Both the position numbers and the translations under genes were made by a program. A stretch of 64,000 nt of DNA from an uncultured Alphaproteobacteria bacterium (GTDB lineage: Bacteria; Pseudomonadota; Alphaproteobacteria; HIMB59): positions 89,134-153,133 of the forward strand of contig CACCLU010000004.1 of the NCBI GenBank assembly GCA_902546975.1, written 5' to 3'. The notes under the pieces are model-generated. The model did no database searches and was not told where the DNA came from. It worked only from the letters and a program-made list of their open reading frames with translations. Positions 57,302-64,000 of the stretch are shown in pieces (positions within the stretch are counted from its first letter, which is position 1; each line of letters begins with the position of its first letter).

Positions 57302-58686
57302 TATATACCTTTCCTTTTCATCAAAAGTGTCAATATTGTTGAAAATAGAATTGGCACTAAAAATGATGAGAATAATTTATAGTTATTAATAAATGTGAAA
57401 TTAATATTTAGAAAATCGCTCATTATATTTTTGCTGAATGAGGGATCAGGAAATATTAATACTCCCAGTAGTAAGCTCAAAAAAGAGATTATATATATTT
57501 GTTTTGTAGAGATATTAAAACCAAATAATCCCAACAGAAAAGGTAAAACTAAGCAACAACAAATTAAATCAGCAATTAAGAAGACGTATAAGACATTGTA
57601 GCCTTGCGAGGATAGTATGAAAACTGCCACCAAGAAAACAATAATAAAGTATAAGTTTGAAGAGGATTTTAAGGAGTAACTTGTGCTTAGGGAGACAATC
57701 TGAGAATTTATAGCATTTATTAATGTATCAATACTACTCAATACAAGAGAAGCAGCTAATATTACAAAAATGTATTTTATAAATGAAGTCTCGAGTAAAC
57801 CGAAAAGTTTCACAAATGTTAAATCAGGATCATCCATTGAGTAAAGTGAGATTGAAACTAGTCCAGAGTATCCAATGAAATAAACAATTATAAATATAAT
57901 TAAAGCAGATATAACTAAGCCAATACTAAGCGTTTTATTATCTTTAGCAGCATAAATTCTTTGCCAATTACCATGGTGAAAAAGATTGGTAAATGTAACT
58001 GCTACTAAAAAAGTCAAACCTGTTATCCATAGGAATTGATTATTAAAATCAAATAAATTAGCATTTTCGATCATAAATGAAGAGTTATCTGAAAAGTCTT
58101 GGAAAGGAATTTTAAAAACTAAAAACAAACAAATTCCTATAATGAATATGAATTGAATTAAATCGGTAAATATTGTTGCCGACAATCCTCCAATTAGAAC
58201 GTACGATAAAGCAATTAATATAATTATCATTGAAGAAATCCAATATGGTGTATCATTTAAAAAATTAAAGAACTTTGAGATAGATGTAATTTCAGCTATT
58301 AAGAAAACTGTCATATAAACTAAAGAAACTATTATAACAAAGTGGGATAAGTTCTTACCAAACCGTTTTTCGATACAATCGTGAAAGCCTGTTGAGTTTG
58401 GAAAAACCTTTCTTACATATTTTCCTATAAAGATGAATAAAACTAAAGGCATCGCAGCTCCAAGAGCATAACCAATCACATTACCCATTCCACCCCAAGT
58501 AGCTGCTGCGGCAGGCGAAAATATTATCCAAAAACCCAATGCGGAAGATACAAAAGAAGATATTGAAAAAAATAAGTTATATTTATTTTTAATAACAAAT
58601 TTATCATCTGATAATTCATTTTTTTTCAAAAAAAAGAATGACGCAGTAAAAATTAATCCAAATAAAATTAAAAAAAGAATTTCCAT
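57301..58686 (-). CDS. thiV: Sodium:solute symporter, ThiV-type thiamine-precursor transporter
   Basis: About 13 TM segments, GGLSATIFTDLIQ, NLFHHGNWQRIYAAK; first gene after a TPP riboswitch. Confidence 0.8.
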   Translation of the reverse strand: MEILFLILFGLIFTASFFFLKKNELSDDKFVIKNKYNLFFSISSFVSSALGFWIIFSPAAAATWGGMGNVIGYALGAAMPLVLFIFIGKYVRKVFPNSTGFHDCIEKRFGKNLSHFVIIVSLVYMTVFLIAEITSISKFFNFLNDTPYWISSMIIILIALSYVLIGGLSATIFTDLIQFIFIIGICLFLVFKIPFQDFSDNSSFMIENANLFDFNNQFLWITGLTFLVAVTFTNLFHHGNWQRIYAAKDNKTLSIGLVISALIIFIIVYFIGYSGLVSISLYSMDDPDLTFVKLFGLLETSFIKYIFVILAASLVLSSIDTLINAINSQIVSLSTSYSLKSSSNLYFIIVFLVAVFILSSQGYNVLYVFLIADLICCCLVLPFLLGLFGFNISTKQIYIISFLSLLLGVLIFPDPSFSKNIMSDFLNINFTFINNYKLFSSFLVPILFSTILTLLMKRKGI

Positions 58687-58715
58687 CTAATTTGCTCCTG
58701 TTTTAAAAGTATTTA

Positions 58716-58797
58716 AGGGAAACTTCCTACGCCAGAATTACCTGGATCAGGTTCGAGGGTTAAGTATTACCTTTCTCAGCCTTTCAGCACCCCTTAA
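58716..58797 (-). promoter_or_regulatory. TPP riboswitch (THI box)
   Basis: Minus strand GGGGTGC..GCTGAGA..ACCC.TCGAACCTGATCCAGGTAATTCTGGCGTAGGAA, about 40 nt upstream of the thiV start. Confidence 0.93.
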
Positions 58798-58872
58798 AAT
58801 TCCATATTATCAAACTAACTAAAATAAATCAATTATCTTTACTAAAAACTAATTTAATATTAAAAACATCAC

Positions 58873-60363
58873 ATGAAAATAATTGAAAACTTCTCTGACT
58901 CTAAATTAATATCTAGTAATTCAGAAGACTTCATAAAATTATATAAACCTAGTACGGGTGAGGAATATGCGCATGTTCCAAAAACAACAAGAGATGAATT
59001 TGAAAAAATTATCAATAAAATGAAATTAGCACAACCTTTATGGGCTAATACACCCATTACAAAAAGAAGTGAAATTTTATTTAAATTTAAAAATTTAATT
59101 GAAAAAAATTATGATTTAATAGCAAAAATAATATCTGAAGAACATGGCAAAGTTTTTTCTGATGCTAAAGGATCTTTGCAGAGAGGTCTTGAAGTAGTTG
59201 ACTTTGCATGCGGTATTCCTCATTTATTGAAAGGAAATCACTCAATTAACGTTGGAACAAACGTAGATTTGTTTGATATTAAGCAGCCTTTGGGAATTTG
59301 TGCTGGTATTACACCATTTAATTTCCCAGCTATGGTTCCAATGTGGATGTTTCCATTATCTATAGCATGTGGAAATGCCTTTATGCTAAAACCTTCTGAG
59401 AAAGTTCCTCAATGCTCTTTAAAACTTGCAGAGTTAATGAGTGAAGCTGGTCTACCTGATAACGTCCTCACAGTCGTAAATGGCGATAAAAATATTGTAG
59501 ATCTTATACTTCAGTGTGAAGATATTTCTTCAGTAAGTTTTGTTGGCTCAACACCTGTTGCAAAGTACATTTACACCGAATGTTCAAAAACAAATAAGAG
59601 AGTTCAAGCTCTTGGTGGTGCTAAAAACCATATGCTTATAATGGAAGACGCGAATTTAGAGGATGCAGTTAATGGACTAATTGGAGCAGCTTTTGGATCT
59701 GCTGGTGAACGTTGTATGGCAACATCAGTTGCTATGCCTGTTGGAAATATTCAAAAACCATTTATGGATTTGCTAAAGGAGAAGGCAACTAAAATCAAAG
59801 TTGGGGAGTCTTTAGACCCACAAAGCGAAATGGGACCTCTCATTACAAAGGAACACAAACAAAAAGTTCTATCTTATATTGAAAAAGGTGTTCAAGAGGG
59901 TGCGAAATTAGAGTTAGATGGAAGAGAAATTAGTCTTCAAGGTTATGAAAATGGTAATTTTGTAGGTCCTACAATATTTAATAATGTTACTGATGGTATG
60001 ACTATATACAAAGAAGAGATTTTTGGCCCTGTTTTATCTGTCCTTAATATGAATAATTTTGAAGAGGCTATAAAACTGATTAATAAACATCAGTTTGGCA
60101 ATGGCACTTCTATTTATACATCAAGTGGTTCATTAGCGAGAAATTTTATGAAAAATGTCCAAATAGGAATGGTTGGGATAAACATTCCTATTCCAGTTCC
60201 AATGTCTTTTTATACTTTTGGTGGCTGGAAAGGTTCAATATTTGGTGGTCATGGAATGCACGGAGAAGAAGGGATTAATTTTTATACCAAACGTAAGACA
60301 ATAACATCGAGATGGCCAGATGATGTCGCAGGGGCTTCACTCAACATGCCAACTATGAAATAA
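58873..60363 (+). CDS. mmsA: CoA-acylating methylmalonate-semialdehyde dehydrogenase
   Basis: ITPFNFPAMVP, KPSE, FVGSTP, GGAKNH, SAGERCMA, EEIFGPV, FGGWK.S.FG. Confidence 0.92.
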   Translation: MKIIENFSDSKLISSNSEDFIKLYKPSTGEEYAHVPKTTRDEFEKIINKMKLAQPLWANTPITKRSEILFKFKNLIEKNYDLIAKIISEEHGKVFSDAKGSLQRGLEVVDFACGIPHLLKGNHSINVGTNVDLFDIKQPLGICAGITPFNFPAMVPMWMFPLSIACGNAFMLKPSEKVPQCSLKLAELMSEAGLPDNVLTVVNGDKNIVDLILQCEDISSVSFVGSTPVAKYIYTECSKTNKRVQALGGAKNHMLIMEDANLEDAVNGLIGAAFGSAGERCMATSVAMPVGNIQKPFMDLLKEKATKIKVGESLDPQSEMGPLITKEHKQKVLSYIEKGVQEGAKLELDGREISLQGYENGNFVGPTIFNNVTDGMTIYKEEIFGPVLSVLNMNNFEEAIKLINKHQFGNGTSIYTSSGSLARNFMKNVQIGMVGINIPIPVPMSFYTFGGWKGSIFGGHGMHGEEGINFYTKRKTITSRWPDDVAGASLNMPTMK

Positions 60364-60369
60364 TGGATT

Positions 60370-60651
60370 ATGGACAAATTTAAAGACAGACAAAAAGCCT
60401 TTGAAGCAGAGCAAAGCCAAAAAGAGCAAACAGAATTTGAAAAAAGAAATTCAAGAAACAAAATCTTTGCTCAATACATTTTAGATGATATTGGACAATC
60501 CGATAATTCAGAATTACTGAGAGAAATAATATTATCTGATCTTGAGGAACCAGGAGATGAAGACATAGTACGTAAAGCCTTAGATGTATTAGCTAAAAAT
60601 AATAGTAGTCTGACTAGAGAAGATCTAGTAAAAAAACTCTCAGAAATATAA
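60370..60651 (+). CDS. DUF1476 protein (F1Fo-ATPase inhibitor zeta-like)
   Basis: FKDRQKAFEA...RNSRNK and EEPGDEDIVRK resemble the alphaproteobacterial zeta subunit. Confidence 0.7.
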   Translation: MDKFKDRQKAFEAEQSQKEQTEFEKRNSRNKIFAQYILDDIGQSDNSELLREIILSDLEEPGDEDIVRKALDVLAKNNSSLTREDLVKKLSEI

Positions 60652-60652
60652 T

Positions 60653-61093
60653 CTACCAAGACCCATTATTTTGCATACTGGCCCAAGGCTCTTTTATTTC
60701 AAGGCTCTCACCTTTTTGAAGTAACTCTATTGATATGCCGTCTGGTGATTTTATGAATGCCATATATCCATCTCTAGGAGGCCTGTTTATCACAACATCC
60801 TTTTTAATCAGATTTTCACAAACTTGATAAATATTATCTACTCTAAAAGCTAGATGACCAAAATTTCTGCCACCTTTGTATTCTTCTTTGTCCCAATTGT
60901 AAGTTAATTCTAAAAGAGGTTTCTTTTTACTATCAGCAGTGTCTTTATCATCAGGAGCACAAAGAAAAATTAGAGTAAATCGACCCTTTTCACTCTCTTT
61001 TCTCGAGTATTCAATTAGTCCTAATTTATTACAATAAAAGTCAAGTGATTGCTCAATATCACTTACTCGAACCATTGTGTGCAAATATTCCAT
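60653..61093 (-). CDS. gloA: Lactoylglutathione lyase (glyoxalase I, VOC family)
   Basis: YLHTMVRV, LELTYNWD, GRNFGHLAF, SPDGISIELLQ. Confidence 0.88.
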   Translation of the reverse strand: MEYLHTMVRVSDIEQSLDFYCNKLGLIEYSRKESEKGRFTLIFLCAPDDKDTADSKKKPLLELTYNWDKEEYKGGRNFGHLAFRVDNIYQVCENLIKKDVVINRPPRDGYMAFIKSPDGISIELLQKGESLEIKEPWASMQNNGSW

Positions 61094-61136
61094 TAAGATT
61101 AAATATCAAAAAATTTTAAATCTGTCCAAAAAATTT

Positions 61137-62009
61137 CTAAAATTGCTTATTGCTTCCAAGGACTATTTTTTTTCGAAGGACAGTTTCACGATAAAAAATA
61201 TATCCGACTGAAAATAAAATTAATGGACCTCCTAGTAGCACCTCTTTCGAGAGAAACTCACCAAAAAAAATATAACCGATGACAAATGCCCAAACAACAG
61301 AAGTGAAGTCTAAAGGAGCAAGAACAGAGGCTTCTGCTAATTGAAAAGATTTTGTAAGACAAAATTGAGCAGTAAACCCTAAAAAACCTGAAGCAATTAG
61401 AAAAACTAAGTCTAAATTATTTGGCCATATCCAATCATCACTATAGAAAAATAAACTTGAAACTGTTCCAAATAAAGTAAAGGCCCATACCGTTAAAATA
61501 TTATTATTAGTTATTAATATTTTTTTTAGAATTATCACTGCCATTGACAAAAATATACTAGCTAAAAGTGGTAAAACAGAATAATTGTTTAATAAATTCA
61601 CGTCCGGTTTCAAAATAATTACTACTCCAATAAAGCCAATAATAATTGCAATTATCCTCCTATATCCAATTTTTTCACCCAGAAAAAAAATTGATAATAT
61701 AGATATAAAAAAAACAGATGAAAAACTGATTGTTTGCATTTCGATCAGTGGAACATATCTAAGAGATATGAAGAAAAGACTCATTGCTGAAATTCCTACT
61801 AAACCTCTAAAAAAATGAAGTTTATAATTGTTAATAGAAGATATTTTTAGATTTAAATAATAAATGACAACTATCAATGGAATAAGAGCAAATAGATTTC
61901 TGAAAAAAACTACCTCAAATAATGGTAAGTTGTCGCCTGTTGCTTTTATACATACACTCATTAAAACAAAAAAAAGGACGGACAAAGACTTGTAGATAAA
62001 TGCTGACAT
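61137..62009 (-). CDS. EamA/DMT family transporter
   Basis: Ten TM segments, EVVFFRNLF, FLGEKIG, LAPLDF. Confidence 0.88.
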   Translation of the reverse strand: MSAFIYKSLSVLFFVLMSVCIKATGDNLPLFEVVFFRNLFALIPLIVVIYYLNLKISSINNYKLHFFRGLVGISAMSLFFISLRYVPLIEMQTISFSSVFFISILSIFFLGEKIGYRRIIAIIIGFIGVVIILKPDVNLLNNYSVLPLLASIFLSMAVIILKKILITNNNILTVWAFTLFGTVSSLFFYSDDWIWPNNLDLVFLIASGFLGFTAQFCLTKSFQLAEASVLAPLDFTSVVWAFVIGYIFFGEFLSKEVLLGGPLILFSVGYIFYRETVLRKKIVLGSNKQF

Positions 62010-62037
62010 GTGGTTAATCTAAATATATTAAATATGA

Positions 62038-62823
62038 ATGAATTTACTAATAGTTAATGGATATGACAAAAACGGATGGGGTAAACTAGCTAGATATGGA
62101 TTACAACCAATATGTGAGTTTTACAGAGACCAACTAAAAATAATTAATTCAAAAATAAAAACTACATTCATTTATCCATCTATGAACTTAGATGAAAATT
62201 ATGATGAAAGTTTCATCAAATCATTTACCGGCATTGTGTGGACAGGTTCAAGTCTCAATATTTATGATAATACAAGAGAAATTAAAAACCAAATTTCTCT
62301 CATGAAAAAGTTATCAAAGTTAAAGGTAAATATGTTTGGTAGTTGTTGGGGTATGCAACTTTTTACTGTTGCAAATGGTGGCGCAGTTAAAAAAAATCCT
62401 AAAGGTAGAGAAATTGGAATAGCCTATAATATAAGTATTAATAAATATGGTGCGCATCATCCAATGTACAAAGATAAGCCCCTGATATTTGATGCTTTTG
62501 CTTCTCATATTGACCATATATCCCAAAAGCCTAATAGATCTCATGTTCTGTCAGACAATCATTACTCAATTCAGTCTCTTATAAGCAATAAATTTTGGGG
62601 TACTCAATATCATCCTGAATTTAATTTTAAATACACAGGACAAATTTTAAATGCAAGAAAAAATATTTTACTTAAAGAAAAACTGTTTAGTAAAAATCAA
62701 ATACAAGAGTTAATCAAAGACTTTAAAAGACCTAATAACAAGAGTTATAGTCAATCTTTGTTAAAAGATACGTTAAGACACAAAGAATTAAAAAATTGGC
62801 TAAGTTATTTAAGAAAGAATTAA
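62038..62823 (+). CDS. Class I glutamine amidotransferase-like protein (paralog of 12867-13607)
   Basis: IVWTGSSL, GSCWGMQ, GREIG, QYHPE. Confidence 0.85.
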   Translation: MNLLIVNGYDKNGWGKLARYGLQPICEFYRDQLKIINSKIKTTFIYPSMNLDENYDESFIKSFTGIVWTGSSLNIYDNTREIKNQISLMKKLSKLKVNMFGSCWGMQLFTVANGGAVKKNPKGREIGIAYNISINKYGAHHPMYKDKPLIFDAFASHIDHISQKPNRSHVLSDNHYSIQSLISNKFWGTQYHPEFNFKYTGQILNARKNILLKEKLFSKNQIQELIKDFKRPNNKSYSQSLLKDTLRHKELKNWLSYLRKN

Positions 62824-63371
62824 TATAATTCTTTAAATTCTTTCAGATTATTACAAACTGAAAATAAATCTTTAAAGTTTTTATAAGCAAATTTGGAGTT
62901 CATTACTTTCTTGTATTGATTAATTATATCAGACCAATAATTATTATAATTAAACAAAATACATTTTTTACCCTTTATAACACCCAATTGAAGAGCGCTG
63001 ATTACTAAACTAATTTCTTCTATTGTACCCCCACCCCCGGGTAAAGCGACAAAACTATCTGACAATTGTAAAAACTTTTTTTTTCTTTGCTCCATTGTTT
63101 TCGTAACATATATTTTGTTAATTTTTGTGTGAATTTTCTCACGCTTATCTAGAAAAGATGGGATGATACCAGTTACATGGGCGTTATATTTTAATGCTGT
63201 CTTAGCAACAACACCCATTAATCCATTTTCTCCACCTCCATAAACAATGTCATAATCATTTTGTGCTAGATATTTTGTAACTGTTATAGCTAAATCTTTA
63301 AAATTTTTGTTTGATCCAAACATAGATCCGCAAAATACGGCAACTTTATGTTTAGAATTTTTTAATTTCAT
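62820..63371 (-). CDS. LOG family protein (TIGR00730)
   Basis: VAVFCGS, VYGGG..GLMG, RKKKF, PGGGGTIEE. Confidence 0.92.
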   Translation of the reverse strand: MKLKNSKHKVAVFCGSMFGSNKNFKDLAITVTKYLAQNDYDIVYGGGENGLMGVVAKTALKYNAHVTGIIPSFLDKREKIHTKINKIYVTKTMEQRKKKFLQLSDSFVALPGGGGTIEEISLVISALQLGVIKGKKCILFNYNNYWSDIINQYKKVMNSKFAYKNFKDLFSVCNNLKEFKELY

Positions 63372-63402
63372 ATAGATTTACTGTACAACAATATTTAAAA
63401 AA

Positions 63403-63693
63403 ATGACTAAAAAAAATAACATTGAAGAGCTTAAAAAAGTAAGAAAGAAAATTGATAATATTGATAACAAGATTATAGAGCTGATTGGTGATAGATTTAA
63501 AGAAATACACAAAGTCACTAAATTAAAGGAAAATAGAGAAGAAATAATTGATCACGAAAGAATTACTCATATTTTAAAGTCTGTTCAATCAAAAGCAAAA
63601 AAAAATAAAATTGACTCTGAAATAATTGTTAGAATTTGGCAAATTTTTATACAAGAAGCTATTAAACTAGAGTCTGCAAAAATAAAAAAATAA
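63403..63693 (+). CDS. Chorismate mutase (AroQ type)
   Basis: LKKVRKKIDNIDNKIIELIGDR, IIDHERI. Confidence 0.85.
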   Translation: MTKKNNIEELKKVRKKIDNIDNKIIELIGDRFKEIHKVTKLKENREEIIDHERITHILKSVQSKAKKNKIDSEIIVRIWQIFIQEAIKLESAKIKK

Positions 63694-64000
63694 TCACACC
63701 AAAACGATTACTAACATTATAAATAAAATTGATATTAGAATTGTGCCTGCAAAACTTGGTGTTGTAACTTTAATGTAGGATAAATTACTAAATTTATAAG
63801 ACTTACTTAATACTTGTTTAAAAGATAAACCTAAATTTTTATATAAACTATCTGTTAATAAACCTATTTTTTTAAATAAGGGTTTACCAATACCAGGTAA
63901 CATTTTTCTGTAAAACCAATCAGAATTTAAAACGGTTGATCTAATCTCGGAGGGATAAAGTTTAAATTTAACTAAAAATAAAAATGCAATAATTGCAAAA
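63694..64000 (-). CDS. mrpD: C-terminus of Na+/H+ antiporter subunit D (Mrp/Mnh), partial
   Basis: The frame continues past the track start to the window edge: FAIIAFLFLVKFKLYPSEIRSTVLNSDWFYRK, resembling the alphaproteobacterial MrpD tail. Confidence 0.6.
   Translation of the reverse strand, partial: FAIIAFLFLVKFKLYPSEIRSTVLNSDWFYRKMLPGIGKPLFKKIGLLTDSLYKNLGLSFKQVLSKSYKFSNLSYIKVTTPSFAGTILISILFIMLVIVLV

Noticed and set aside
490-62544. Numerous 60-155 aa ORFs antisense or out-of-frame to long genes (e.g. 490, 4248, 5453, 10785, 18274, 20597, 21156, 22933, 33012, 47503)
   Set aside because: They are fully nested in well-supported genes, lack SD sites and recognisable motifs, and are typical shadow ORFs.
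1-64000. rRNA, tRNA, CRISPR arrays, IS elements, obvious pseudogenes
   Set aside because: No such sequence, repeat-spacer structure or split ORF was recognised, and intergenic gaps are short and accounted for. An Infernal/tRNAscan run would be needed to exclude small RNAs in the 15301-15533 and 54966-55109 spacers.

Overview
A 64-kb gene-dense, very AT-rich chromosomal segment from a streamlined marine alphaproteobacterium (SAR11/HIMB59-like by gene content and protein style; taxonomy is inferred, not demonstrated). The left end (1-10137) is housekeeping: EamA transporter, SUF Fe-S operon, mnmA, alpha/beta hydrolase, anmK, tyrS. The centre (10130-42176, about 32 kb) is a methylated-amine catabolism island: TMAO ABC transporter tmoXWV, TMAO demethylase tdm, TMA monooxygenase tmm, soxBDAG-type N-methylglutamate dehydrogenase, mgsABC, gmaS and an Amt-family permease. 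No dimethylamine monooxygenase (dmmDABC) is present in the window. The island does contain an extra, divergent mgsABC-like set with its own GS-like ligase, a stand-alone flavoprotein and a hypothetical protein, plus a third GS-like ligase with amidase/hydrolase neighbours. A 19-bp palindrome occurring at four promoters, probably the operator of the local IclR regulator, links this extra module to the TMA/TMAO genes. This makes it the best candidate here for an undescribed glutamylation-based route for dimethylamine or another amine. The right part holds alr, an acyl-CoA dehydrogenase, a malonyl-CoA-decarboxylase-like mini-protein, ETF/ETF-QO, a kinase/GcvT-flavoprotein/homocysteine methyltransferase module, djlA-like and csp genes, a TPP-riboswitch-led thiV-thiM-thiE-thiD salvage operon, mmsA, an ATP synthase zeta-like protein, gloA, LOG, chorismate mutase and a partial MrpD. 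Three small ORFs below the ORF-track cutoff were found by hand. I saw no rRNA, tRNA, CRISPR array or IS element.
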